Assembly: GCA_045641365.1 (NCBI GenBank)
Contig: JAZUGT010000077.1
Span: 26,493-90,492, forward strand
DNA: 64,000 nucleotides
DNA from: Lachnospiraceae bacterium
Lineage (GTDB): Bacteria; Bacillota; Clostridia; Lachnospirales; Lachnospiraceae
Direction: 5' to 3'
The notes under the pieces were generated by a model. That model was not told the DNA's origin. It worked only from the letters and a program-made list of their open reading frames with translations, and searched no databases. The number at the start of each line of letters is the position of its first letter. The stretch's first letter is position 1. Position numbers and translations under genes: made by a program. Positions 28,898 to 39,327 of this stretch are shown piece after piece.

Positions 28898-31168
28898 ATG
28901 GGAAGAGCAATATATAGTTTTGATATATTTGATACTCTTATAACCAGACGAACTGGTACACCACAGGGCATATTTGCAATAGTAGGAGACAGAATTATGG
29001 CTGACAGGCCAGATATTGCAGATAGGCTGTGTGGCGATTTCTATGATATCAGGCTTAAGGCCTTTGCGACTGCTGCTGCGACCAGAGACTGGTCTAAATC
29101 TGAAGAAGTGACAATAGAATATATCTACGCATGTATGAAGCGTATGACGGCTCTTAGCGATGATGACGCAGACTATCTTATGGCGTTGGAATTATCTACA
29201 GAGTATGAGAATGTTGTAGGAATTGAGTCCAATATTAATATTCTGATTGACAGGATCAATAGTGGCGACAGGGTAGTTCTTATATCTGATATGTATATAC
29301 ATACAGAGGATATCAGGAGGATGCTTGTGAAGTGCAACCAGGTATTCGAGAGTATCCCAATATACGTATCCTGTGACTGCAAGGCTCTTAAAGAGACAGG
29401 TAATCTCTATAGATATGTTCGACGTGATAATCTGGTCAGATACAGTGAATGGATACACACAGGAGATGACACTGTGGCAGATATCAGTATTCCAAAGTCA
29501 CTTGGTATACAGACGGTAGAATACAGCGATTGCAGACTGCTTGGATGTGAGCAGGATATCCTTAAGGACAGAGAGTATCAGCCTAACCTGCAGATGTTCA
29601 CAGGCTGCAGTAAGCTTACGAGAGTTCGCATGGGCAATAACACCGCAGTTAATCTTGGAAGCAGCTATGGAGCAGCGATTCTTTTCCAGTATTCTGTGTG
29701 GTCACTTGAGCTCTGTAAGCATAGAGGCATTAAGGATGTGTACTGTGTGGCTCGCGATGGAGCAATTATATATGAGATTATGAGATGCCTGAGTGAACAT
29801 CTCGGATATGACATGAATGTCAGATATATCTATGGATCAAGGCGATCATGGAGGCCAGTGGTTCTTGGCGATGAAGATACATATGATATACGAAGATATA
29901 TTGAAGCCGCAGTCAATGGCGGTGGATACAGTATAGATGATATTGCAAACTGCCTGAATCTGTCAGCAGATGTTGTTGCTGGGTGTCTTGGTCTTGAAGA
30001 TACAGACGTGACCGAGCGGCTCAGATGGGATGGAAGTATTGATGGGGCCTCATACGAGGCAATTAACAATAGCAAGATGCTTAAGAGCATTCTGATAAGA
30101 GACAATTCAGCGGAATGTAAGCTCGTTGAGGCTTATCTTAAGCAGGAACTGTGTATATCCGGTAAAAAGGCCGCATTTGTGGAAGCATTTGGAACGGGCA
30201 GAACACAGGATATGATAACGAACTATATCAGGCAGAAGCTTGGGATAGATATGATATCGCTATTCTATTCAAGACTGTGTGATATAGATACTGACAATGA
30301 GTTCTACGACTGTATTGCAATTGATTCACAGAAGGCCACAGTAATCGAGACGCTGACAAGAGCGCTCGAAGGCAGAACAGTAGGATATGAAGACATAGAT
30401 GGCATCATAACACCGGTGCTTGACGACGATGATGTGGATGTGATGACTGCCTACGGTTACGGGGACTATGTAGATGCTGTGATTGCCACAGTCAGAGGGT
30501 ATATGGAACTGGCAGGCGCAGAGGGTGCAGATAAGATCGGCAGATTATACTTCAATTATCTTACAGATGAAGAAGATGGAGAGATGCTTGATTATATAGC
30601 GAAGATGCCAATATCCAATACATTCTTTGGGGATGACAGTATCAATGAATTCGCACCTGATATTACCCAGGAGATGATAGAGGAGAACGCGAAGAAGGGC
30701 TTTATCAGTATCAACAGTTCGTGCTTCTACTTTTCTTACAAGCGCGCATCCGAGGAGACTAAGAGACAGCTTGGTGAAAGCTATGGGAAGTATCTGGCTG
30801 ACAACAATAAGAAGCTTGAAGAGTACTGGCGTGACAGAATAGCCGGGCCACATACATACAGGATAAGCACAGATAAGCTTAAGAGCAGGATTGCAATATA
30901 TGGTGCTGGTGACGTTGGCGGATGTCTCTATAGAGACCTAAGCGCGAGTAAGGATGTAGATATTGTAGCCTGGCTGGACAGGAAGTTTACTACAAGAGAT
31001 GGCATATGTGACAATCCTGTCAATGTAGCAGACTATGATTTCGAGCAGATAATCATCGCACTGGTTAATGAAGATGTTGCTATGGATATAGCATGCGACC
31101 TTGTTGAGTGGGGAGTTCCGGAAGACAAGATCTATTACGAGAGATATGAGTTCGTTGAATTAGCGTGA
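28898..31168 (+). CDS. HAD-superfamily hydrolase of polysaccharide loci, with C-terminal GxG Rossmann module
   Basis: YSFDIFDTL, LISDMY, HTGDD..AD, ARDG; C-terminal IAIYGAGDVG. Confidence 0.8.
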   Translation: MGRAIYSFDIFDTLITRRTGTPQGIFAIVGDRIMADRPDIADRLCGDFYDIRLKAFATAAATRDWSKSEEVTIEYIYACMKRMTALSDDDADYLMALELSTEYENVVGIESNINILIDRINSGDRVVLISDMYIHTEDIRRMLVKCNQVFESIPIYVSCDCKALKETGNLYRYVRRDNLVRYSEWIHTGDDTVADISIPKSLGIQTVEYSDCRLLGCEQDILKDREYQPNLQMFTGCSKLTRVRMGNNTAVNLGSSYGAAILFQYSVWSLELCKHRGIKDVYCVARDGAIIYEIMRCLSEHLGYDMNVRYIYGSRRSWRPVVLGDEDTYDIRRYIEAAVNGGGYSIDDIANCLNLSADVVAGCLGLEDTDVTERLRWDGSIDGASYEAINNSKMLKSILIRDNSAECKLVEAYLKQELCISGKKAAFVEAFGTGRTQDMITNYIRQKLGIDMISLFYSRLCDIDTDNEFYDCIAIDSQKATVIETLTRALEGRTVGYEDIDGIITPVLDDDDVDVMTAYGYGDYVDAVIATVRGYMELAGAEGADKIGRLYFNYLTDEEDGEMLDYIAKMPISNTFFGDDSINEFAPDITQEMIEENAKKGFISINSSCFYFSYKRASEETKRQLGESYGKYLADNNKKLEEYWRDRIAGPHTYRISTDKLKSRIAIYGAGDVGGCLYRDLSASKDVDIVAWLDRKFTTRDGICDNPVNVADYDFEQIIIALVNEDVAMDIACDLVEWGVPEDKIYYERYEFVELA

Positions 31169-31175
31169 GGCTTAT

Positions 31176-32873
31176 ATGGCACATTTACATATATATTCTT
31201 CTGCAGTTCCTGTAGAGAACAGGACAGATGAGGATGTCAGGACAAGAGAATATATTGATAAGTATCATACCAGATCATATGACGAGTACATGTCTGACGA
31301 GAGAGGTCTCCAGACTTTTTATAATCTGACAGACATGTCAGTAGGAGCGATAAGCTGGTATCCTTTCAGATGTGCAGAACCAGGCGGAGTAAGCCCTAAG
31401 GCACTTGTGATAGGCGCAGGATACGGGACCTACGCAGGATTCCTCTGTGAAAGAGGATATGATGTGACAGCTACAGAGATGAGGCTGTTTCGAGCCGAAA
31501 GCATATGTGCACGATATGAGGAGCACGATAACCTGAAGGTGTATGCCGGTAATATAGCAGACGAAGAGTTCTTCGAAGCCATACGCGCGGAAGCGCTAAG
31601 TGATGGTTCAGAGGGATTTGATTATATTATTCTTCCCGGAGTCTTATGTATGCAGGGTGACAGGGCTGACATGAAGAATCGAAGCCCATATATCAGCTAC
31701 CTGAGCCGGATTTCATCACTGCTTAACAGTACGGGAAGGATTCTGATAGCAGAAGACAACAGACTTGGACTCAGATATCTGTGCGGTGATCTCAATAGAC
31801 AGACAGGAAGAGCTTTTGACAGTCTTAAGGGGTATCCACAGGGGACCAAGGGATATGAGTTTACAAGGGTGGAACTGCTGGACGTAATCGACAGAGTGGG
31901 ACTTAGAAGTGACAGAGTCTATTATCCGCTTCCGGATTATAAGCTTCCACAGATGATATATTCAGATAGTCATCTTCCGGGCAGAGATGTTACAGAGAGG
32001 CTTCTGCCGTATCATCTTACGTATGACAAGCTGATTGCAAGAGAGGCTGATCTCTATGCAGGTGTAATTGATAACGATTCGTTCCCTGCATTTGCCAATT
32101 CATTCATCGTTGAATGTAGTCGAAGTGATGCGCCTGATACAGGCGAAGCTGTAGAGTATGCCACACTGTCATACGACCGAGGAAAGAGATGTAGCTTTAC
32201 TACCCGTATTATCGCTAAAAATGAAGGAACTCACGTTGAGAAGAGCCCATTGTACTCAGAGGGAAGAGAATCAACAGAGGCGATAATTAGTAACTCAGAA
32301 GCTCTGACAGGCAGAGGGATTTCTGTAGTAGATCAGACTGTAGAGGATGGCAGCATCAGGATGCCATATGTGGGACTGCCTACACTATCAGCATATATAA
32401 GAGAACTGGCAGCCTCTTCAGACAGAGAGCAGATTATCGTACTGCTTGACAGAATCTATGCTGATATACTTCGTTCATCTGATGAATCAGAGACAATAGA
32501 TGAGGCATTTGACAGATATCCAGCCAGGCGTTCGTCCTGGGGGATAGTTCTTAAGAAGTGCTATATGGAGCTTATGCCTCTCAACATTTTTATCAATGCA
32601 GGTGAAGACAGATTCATCTATTTTGATCAGGAGTTCACAAGAGATAATTGTCCTGCGGGATATGTAATGTATAGAGGAATCAAGTATCTGTACTGCTATA
32701 CACCTGGACTTGAGGATATACTTCCTGTTAATGAGGTATATGAGAGATATCATATGACTGATGTCTGGCAATACTACGAGGAGGAAGAGATGAAGTTCCA
32801 GGAGGATATTCATAACTGGAATCAGTATAAGTTATTCTACGATTTGGCCAGAATTGATGGAGCACTAATATGA
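31176..32873 (+). CDS. Class I SAM methyltransferase fused to a kinase-like domain
   Basis: LVIGAGYG motif I, FDYIIL, YYPLPDYKLP; C-terminal VEK..MPYV..ELMPLNIF..FDQE kinase-like pattern. Confidence 0.7.
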   Translation: MAHLHIYSSAVPVENRTDEDVRTREYIDKYHTRSYDEYMSDERGLQTFYNLTDMSVGAISWYPFRCAEPGGVSPKALVIGAGYGTYAGFLCERGYDVTATEMRLFRAESICARYEEHDNLKVYAGNIADEEFFEAIRAEALSDGSEGFDYIILPGVLCMQGDRADMKNRSPYISYLSRISSLLNSTGRILIAEDNRLGLRYLCGDLNRQTGRAFDSLKGYPQGTKGYEFTRVELLDVIDRVGLRSDRVYYPLPDYKLPQMIYSDSHLPGRDVTERLLPYHLTYDKLIAREADLYAGVIDNDSFPAFANSFIVECSRSDAPDTGEAVEYATLSYDRGKRCSFTTRIIAKNEGTHVEKSPLYSEGRESTEAIISNSEALTGRGISVVDQTVEDGSIRMPYVGLPTLSAYIRELAASSDREQIIVLLDRIYADILRSSDESETIDEAFDRYPARRSSWGIVLKKCYMELMPLNIFINAGEDRFIYFDQEFTRDNCPAGYVMYRGIKYLYCYTPGLEDILPVNEVYERYHMTDVWQYYEEEEMKFQEDIHNWNQYKLFYDLARIDGALI

Positions 32874-34876
32874 GTGAAGAGAAGAAGTATAAAATTGGAT
32901 ATTGTCCGGGCGCATTCGATATGTTCCACAGAGGTCATCTGAATCTGCTTAAGAATTCAAAGGACAAGTGTGAGTACCTTATAGCTGGAGTTGTTACGGA
33001 CGAGGTATATACGAGCTATAAGTTAAGGCCACCTGTTGTGCCATTCGAGGATCGACTTGAGATAGTGGCACAGTGTAAGTATGTAGATAAGGCTATCGCT
33101 GTTACACCATATCTTCATGATAAGTGGAATGCCTTTAAGGAACTACACTATGATGCACATTTTGCAGGATCTGATCATACAGGTGCATGGCCGGAGCTTG
33201 AGGCGGCACTTAATGCTGAAGGATCAGAACTTGTATTCTTCCCATATACAGAGATTGTCAGTTCTACAGATCTTAAGGTCAATCTTGAGAAGGATGGTGT
33301 ATACAGGCAGATAACAGGTGAGAGGCAGGAGCCTGTAATAGTTCTCTTTGGCGCAGGCGGTGTTGGAAGACATTACCTTGAATCCTATGTGGATGAGTGT
33401 GCTCCTAACAGACTCCCTAAGAATCTGTGGCCGTCATTCATAGTTGACAATGACAGCAGTAAGTGGGGCAGTAAGCTTAGCGGTATCGATATAAGAGATC
33501 CCAGGGCTATTCTTGAAGTGCCAAGAGAGAAGCTGTGTGTGCTTATTGCATCCAACTATGGCAGGGAGATATCGGCCCAGTTGATTGAGATGGGCGTGAC
33601 CGATTATAGATTCCTCGACGAGGCAACACTGCCAACATGGGAGGAACTTGAGGCGGCTAAGAAGAAGTCAGCTGTGAAGAGCATGTATGTACCTGATGAC
33701 AGGCAACGCAGAGTATGGGAAGCAGAGCTTAATATACTCGACGAGATTGAGAAGATATGTAACAGGCATGGACTTAAGTATTATGCGATGTATGGAACTC
33801 TTCTCGGCGCAGTAAGGCATAAGGGATTCATTCCATGGGATGATGATCTTGATATAGGAATGTTAAGGGAAGAGTTCGAGCTCTTTGCTAAATATGCAGA
33901 AGAAGAACTTCCTGAGTATATGTCGATATACACTATCAGGAATTCCACGGATATATTAAGAACTAATATAAGAGTATGTGATGACAGAACTACAGCAATA
34001 GAGGAGCCATTCCTTAACTGTAAGTCTCGAGGTGGTATCTGGGTGGATATAGATCCAATAGAGATGTCATATTCTGATTATGGAAGATATCTTAAGAAGC
34101 GCGAAAAGGTTCATCACAGCTTTAGACTGTTACATGCGAAGATTAAGGCAGAGTATGCTAATTATGATCTTAAGCATGCTCATCCACTTAAGTATGCATA
34201 TTACAGGATTGCGTCGACACTAATGTCAAGAGAGTATATTAGCGAGAGATTAATCAACTTATCCTGCATGGGTGACAACGATGCGCTTAACAGTGCAGAC
34301 GGGTCTGTAGATATATCATTTGCTCCTGAACTATACCGCCAGCTAAAGTCAGCAGACTTCGCAGATACAGTAAAGCTTGAATTCGAAGGCAGGATGATAT
34401 CAGCCCCTGCAGGCTATGAGAGAGTATTGTTCGAACTCTATGGAAGTGATTATATGAAGCTTCCACCAATAGAAGAGCAGAGACCGAAGCACAGTGGAAT
34501 AATGGATCCGGACAGACCATATACATTCTACGAGGAGATATTCACAGGCATATTCAATGATACTAAGGGCAAGGAGATAATTCTCTTCGGTGCGGGACAG
34601 ATGTTCGATGACTACATGCGTAAGTGGGGCAGAAAGTACAGGCCATCATTTACTGTAGACAATGATGAGAGTAAGTGGGACAGAACCCGACTGGGAATAC
34701 CTGTTAAGAATCCGCAGGATATACTTAAGATACCTGCGAGCAAGAGGAAAGTAATCATATGCAGCTTCTATTACAGAGAGATTGAGAGGCAGCTTCAGGA
34801 GATGGGAGTGGAATACTCCGTATACATACAGCATATTGAGTGGGTTGTCCACTCTGAGAAGGAAGACAGAACATGA
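32870..34876 (+). CDS. TagD-like cytidylyltransferase / LicD-family phosphotransferase fusion with two GxG modules
   Basis: GAFDMFHRGH (HxGH), GSD, VSST; LicD motif YGTLLGAVRHKGFIPWDDDLD...WVDI...YGSDYM.LPP. Confidence 0.88.
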   Translation: MSEEKKYKIGYCPGAFDMFHRGHLNLLKNSKDKCEYLIAGVVTDEVYTSYKLRPPVVPFEDRLEIVAQCKYVDKAIAVTPYLHDKWNAFKELHYDAHFAGSDHTGAWPELEAALNAEGSELVFFPYTEIVSSTDLKVNLEKDGVYRQITGERQEPVIVLFGAGGVGRHYLESYVDECAPNRLPKNLWPSFIVDNDSSKWGSKLSGIDIRDPRAILEVPREKLCVLIASNYGREISAQLIEMGVTDYRFLDEATLPTWEELEAAKKKSAVKSMYVPDDRQRRVWEAELNILDEIEKICNRHGLKYYAMYGTLLGAVRHKGFIPWDDDLDIGMLREEFELFAKYAEEELPEYMSIYTIRNSTDILRTNIRVCDDRTTAIEEPFLNCKSRGGIWVDIDPIEMSYSDYGRYLKKREKVHHSFRLLHAKIKAEYANYDLKHAHPLKYAYYRIASTLMSREYISERLINLSCMGDNDALNSADGSVDISFAPELYRQLKSADFADTVKLEFEGRMISAPAGYERVLFELYGSDYMKLPPIEEQRPKHSGIMDPDRPYTFYEEIFTGIFNDTKGKEIILFGAGQMFDDYMRKWGRKYRPSFTVDNDESKWDRTRLGIPVKNPQDILKIPASKRKVIICSFYYREIERQLQEMGVEYSVYIQHIEWVVHSEKEDRT

Positions 34877-37473
34877 CAATATTCGTCAAGAACAGAGTTA
34901 TTGAGTCCTGGAAAAACGCGGGAGACATAATTAATATCGTACGCAATGTAGCTATCAGCGGTGAGGCGAACGCAGAGGAACTTGTTGGTACCTTAAGCGC
35001 CCTGCAGGGAGCAATCATTGCTGTTGGTGAGACTATCGAGAAGACTTCTGGCTCATATGATAGTTCACATATTATCAGAGAACTTGAAGAACTCTGTGAG
35101 TCTATATTTGCATTATCACAGCCAGATGGAGCTGTGGAAGAGATAGTTGCAGGACTTGAGAGACTTGCAGATGATCACAGTAGACTTGCAGGATTAATTG
35201 GCAATATGGAGACTAAGAAGCTCGCGGTTTTTCTGCCATACAAGTATAGTATGTGGGACTCGCTTGCATCAATATATGAGGCGGTAGCTGCTGACCCTGA
35301 GTGGGATGCTGTGGTTATGCCTATTCCTTATAGGGAATGCTCTGAAGAAGAGAACAACTGGGTATATGAAGGCGGATACTTTGAAGGGATTCCAGTGACT
35401 GGCTTCAAGGCATATGCGCTTGAGGATGTTCACCCTGATGCAATATATATACATAATCCATATGATGCGACCAATACAGTGACAAGGGTTGCCGAGGAGT
35501 TCTATTCGGATAATCTGAAGAAGTGCACAGACTGTCTGGTATATGTTCCTTACTTCTTCACAGGGGAGAAGTTCCCGGATGTTCACTGCAGACACCGATC
35601 ATACAATAATTATGACTGTATTGTCGTTCCTTCGGAATATGCCAAGAAGCAGATCCTTAACATGAATGGCAGATGGAAGGTTGAGGCTCTTGGCTCTCCT
35701 AAGATTGATACCATGATTAAGATGGGCAACGAGCGTAGCATGCCTGAAGAATGGAGACAGCGTATACGTGGGCGTAAGGTTGTGCTTTATAATACAGGAC
35801 TTAACGAGATATTGAATATTGGCTTTCGGGATATCCTTAAGATGAGACAGGTGTTCAATTACTTTAAGAGACATACCGAGATGGTTCTGTGGTGGAGACC
35901 GCATCCTCTCGTAAAGACTACTATAAAGTCTATGTGCCCACATCTGTTAGGCGCATACGAGGAGATGGAAAAGGCGTATATTCTTGAGAACATTGGTATC
36001 TATGATACTACCCAGGATAGCAACAGGGCTATTGCCTGCACAGATGCATTCATGGGTGATGTATCATCTATGCAGAATCTCTTTGGCATTATGGGTAAGC
36101 CAGTATTCATACTTAATGACTATGTGACAGATGAGCCAGATGAGGATGACAGATTAAGGCTGTTTCCAAGACTTCCCGGATCATATTGTGACGATATGTC
36201 GGGGAGATGGAGATCCGTTAATTTCGGAATGCCAGACGGTTCGATTGTGTTCTATGATGGTTCAACAAGAATGCTATATAAGTACCATATTGATAGTAGA
36301 AGCGTAGAGCCATTCAGAAAGATTGAGTGGGATATACATTCACTTTATGCAGCACATGTTGATGTACCAGACAAGGCTGTACTTAAGGTATATCCAAGAT
36401 TTTCCAAGGATCCGGTGCTTACATATAAGATGTCTGAGGATATATGGAATGAAGATTATGATGATCCGGTGATGAGCATTGATCTGAAAGAGCAGGGTGG
36501 AATGTTCTACTATAATGAGAAAGTATGCATTACTCCGGGAAGATGTGATGACATATATACGGTGGACATCGTGACAGGTGAGGTTAATGTGCATAAGTGG
36601 GATTCCAGCGCGCTTAGGAAGTTAGCCGTATATCCAAATGAGTCACTCTTTTCATCCTCTATAATAGTCAAGGGAAAGATATATATGTTATCACTTAGAA
36701 CCAATGTGATAGTCAGCTTTGATATCGAGAGTAATGACATAGAGATTCATAAGATCGGACAGGATGGAGTCAGATATGCAAATCTGTGGTATGAGTCACT
36801 AAGTCAAAGTCTGTGGGTAATAAGCTGGGATGGAATGAGTATTGTAAAGTGTAGTACAGAGGATTATACATGGCAATCAGCAGATATTGATATTCCTGGA
36901 TATATTCCTAAGAAAACAGCTTTTGAAGGAAGTAGCGGACCATCATTTTTGAGAATGGCATGGTATGGTAATGAACTAATTGCAATACCAACGCTTGCCA
37001 ATATGTTTCTTAAGATAGAGATAGATACCTGCAAGGCAAGACAGTGGAAACTTGACTTCCCATATGAGCTGGGTCAGCGTAAGGGAACAGCATTTGCCAG
37101 ACCAAATAACTTTACATCGGCTGTCTATACAGATGAAAGTCATATGATGTTACAGTCGATGTATGACGGTAGAATGAATATTATTGATATGGTGACGGGT
37201 GAGATTGAAGTGTCTGATCTACTTACAACCAGGGAGATTGTGGATGCTATTCCTGCTATGTCTCGATGCGTACAGAGTGGCAATGGCTGCTATGTATTCT
37301 ATGAAGACGCGCTTCACTTCAATATGTCAGATATGATGAATTTCTTCAGGGATGCAACAGAAGAAGAATTAATGCCTGAGCGTCAGCGGAAGTATGCGAC
37401 GATGGGAATAGAGAATACTGATGGTACATGTGGAGAGAAGATACATGAGTTCATTGCCCAAAGAACAAAGTAA
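34873..37473 (+). CDS. CDP-glycerol glycerophosphotransferase-like protein with inserted beta-propeller-like region
   Basis: FLPYKYSMWDSL, IHNPYD, LVYVPY, LGSPKID, WRPHP, AFMGDVSS..GKPV; aromatic beta-rich C-terminal half. Confidence 0.65.
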   Translation: MTIFVKNRVIESWKNAGDIINIVRNVAISGEANAEELVGTLSALQGAIIAVGETIEKTSGSYDSSHIIRELEELCESIFALSQPDGAVEEIVAGLERLADDHSRLAGLIGNMETKKLAVFLPYKYSMWDSLASIYEAVAADPEWDAVVMPIPYRECSEEENNWVYEGGYFEGIPVTGFKAYALEDVHPDAIYIHNPYDATNTVTRVAEEFYSDNLKKCTDCLVYVPYFFTGEKFPDVHCRHRSYNNYDCIVVPSEYAKKQILNMNGRWKVEALGSPKIDTMIKMGNERSMPEEWRQRIRGRKVVLYNTGLNEILNIGFRDILKMRQVFNYFKRHTEMVLWWRPHPLVKTTIKSMCPHLLGAYEEMEKAYILENIGIYDTTQDSNRAIACTDAFMGDVSSMQNLFGIMGKPVFILNDYVTDEPDEDDRLRLFPRLPGSYCDDMSGRWRSVNFGMPDGSIVFYDGSTRMLYKYHIDSRSVEPFRKIEWDIHSLYAAHVDVPDKAVLKVYPRFSKDPVLTYKMSEDIWNEDYDDPVMSIDLKEQGGMFYYNEKVCITPGRCDDIYTVDIVTGEVNVHKWDSSALRKLAVYPNESLFSSSIIVKGKIYMLSLRTNVIVSFDIESNDIEIHKIGQDGVRYANLWYESLSQSLWVISWDGMSIVKCSTEDYTWQSADIDIPGYIPKKTAFEGSSGPSFLRMAWYGNELIAIPTLANMFLKIEIDTCKARQWKLDFPYELGQRKGTAFARPNNFTSAVYTDESHMMLQSMYDGRMNIIDMVTGEIEVSDLLTTREIVDAIPAMSRCVQSGNGCYVFYEDALHFNMSDMMNFFRDATEEELMPERQRKYATMGIENTDGTCGEKIHEFIAQRTK

Positions 37474-38779
37474 ACTGTTAATATGTGTTCCGACAAAGGA
37501 CAGACCCGAGATAGTAAAAGATGCTCTGGAATATGAATTGCCATACTATAAGAGATATGATCTTGATATATGCTACTACGATTCAAGTGAGAGCGATGAT
37601 ACATATGACGTAATTCGTGCGATGTGTGAGAAGCATTCAGTTGATATAGGTTATAGAAGGCTGGATAGTAGTCTGTGCATTGATATGAAGATTGTTGAGA
37701 TGTACAGGGAACTGGAGAATTCAGAATATGATTATATCTGGATGATTAATGATGCGATTTCCATATCAGAGGAGATGATTAGGCGGGTTATATCTGTTCT
37801 TCATGATGGATATGACATAATAAGGTTCTCGAATCCTGGCGAAAATATGCGAGAGGATCATATTACATTTGACCCGGATGACTGGTTTAATAACTGTTCA
37901 TTTGAAATGTCTCTTATGGCATCTACAATTATAAGGAGATCGTTATTAGATGCCGAGCATAACTGGGAAGAGCTAGTGCTTAAGTATATTGGTGGCAATG
38001 AGTTTGATGATAATCATGGTTATTTCTTCTGTGTAGGCTTTTATCTAGAGCAGATAGCAAAGCTGTCTTCTTTTAAGGGATTGCTTCTTGGCAATACTCT
38101 TAAGTGGCATAGATTATCACCACTCAAGAAGGGGCATTACTGGAATAATGTTTTCTTTGATACGTGGGCAAGAAGCTATCCTGAGACGATAATGAAGCTT
38201 CCTGACATATATACCAATAAGGTTGATGTAATACGAGAGTCCGAGCAGCTTCACATAAAGCGTTTTAACAGAGAGATGTTCATTCGTTACAGGCTGAATG
38301 GAATGTTTGATATGGATACATATCGTAAGTACAGAAAGTGGTTCGAACTGACTATGACAGAACCTGTTGAAGTATGTGCCGGGGTTGCATCAACGTCAGT
38401 GGAGGAACTTAAGAAGAATTATCCTAATCTGGGAAATGTCGAAGAGGATTGGGAGAATAAGCTTAATATAATTGAAGGATTAATTGCAAATAGAAGGATA
38501 TATATCTATGGTGCTGGTCACTATGGTGAGAATGCAACACACAAGCTTATTGAAGATGGCTATAGGGATCAGATTGAGGCTGTAGTTGTGACAAATGCGG
38601 ATAGTAATGTAAGACGTGTATATGATATTGAGGTCAAAGCAATTGATGATGTGAAGATAACGGATGAGGATATGATAATTCTCTGTGCGCTTCCAGGAGC
38701 AGCAGTTAAAATGCGCGCGGAACTTGTCGCGAGAGGAATTGAATCAGCTATAGGTCTGTTTGATAGTATAGAGCATTGA
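37445..38779 (+). CDS. GT2-like glycosyltransferase with C-terminal GxG module
   Basis: ATG after GGAG; ICVPTKDR, YYDSS, YDYIWMIND; IYIYGAGHYG. Confidence 0.7.
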   Translation: MSSLPKEQSKLLICVPTKDRPEIVKDALEYELPYYKRYDLDICYYDSSESDDTYDVIRAMCEKHSVDIGYRRLDSSLCIDMKIVEMYRELENSEYDYIWMINDAISISEEMIRRVISVLHDGYDIIRFSNPGENMREDHITFDPDDWFNNCSFEMSLMASTIIRRSLLDAEHNWEELVLKYIGGNEFDDNHGYFFCVGFYLEQIAKLSSFKGLLLGNTLKWHRLSPLKKGHYWNNVFFDTWARSYPETIMKLPDIYTNKVDVIRESEQLHIKRFNREMFIRYRLNGMFDMDTYRKYRKWFELTMTEPVEVCAGVASTSVEELKKNYPNLGNVEEDWENKLNIIEGLIANRRIYIYGAGHYGENATHKLIEDGYRDQIEAVVVTNADSNVRRVYDIEVKAIDDVKITDEDMIILCALPGAAVKMRAELVARGIESAIGLFDSIEH

Positions 38780-38793
38780 TGAGATATTGAAGT

Positions 38794-39315
38794 ATGATTG
38801 ATATTAATGAATTATGGGATGAACGTAACAATATAAGGGTGGGCAATGGAATCAGAGCTGATATTTTCGAGTGGATATCATCAATGGTTCCAATACCCAA
38901 TGTTGATCTTCTCATTTTCAATAAGAAGGGTCAGGTGCTCCTGTCCTGGAGAGATGATGAATACTACGGACAGGGTTGGCATATTCCTGGAGGGTGCATA
39001 AGGTTCAAGGAGACTATTGCTGACAGGATACAGAAGACGGCACTTGAAGAGATTGGCAGTCACGTAGAAGTTGGAACAGAGCCGATTGTAACCAGAGAGA
39101 TGATTATGAACAAGGATGATGAGTATCCGATTAAGCGTGCTCATCATATAGCTCTTCTGTATGAGTGTCATGTTCCTGACGGATATGTAATAGATAATGG
39201 TAGCAGAAGAGAAGATGAAGCAGGATATCTTAAGTGGTTTGATTCGATACCTGATAATATTCTTGGCGTTCACGATATATTCAATGAAGTATTTGTTAAG
39301 TATGGTTTGATGTGA
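38794..39315 (+). CDS. Nudix hydrolase (GDP-mannose mannosyl hydrolase-like)
   Basis: VDLLI..VLL..R..WHIPGGCIRFKETIADRIQKTALEEIG. Confidence 0.8.
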   Translation: MIDINELWDERNNIRVGNGIRADIFEWISSMVPIPNVDLLIFNKKGQVLLSWRDDEYYGQGWHIPGGCIRFKETIADRIQKTALEEIGSHVEVGTEPIVTREMIMNKDDEYPIKRAHHIALLYECHVPDGYVIDNGSRREDEAGYLKWFDSIPDNILGVHDIFNEVFVKYGLM

Positions 39316-39327
39316 TTGGGAATTAGT

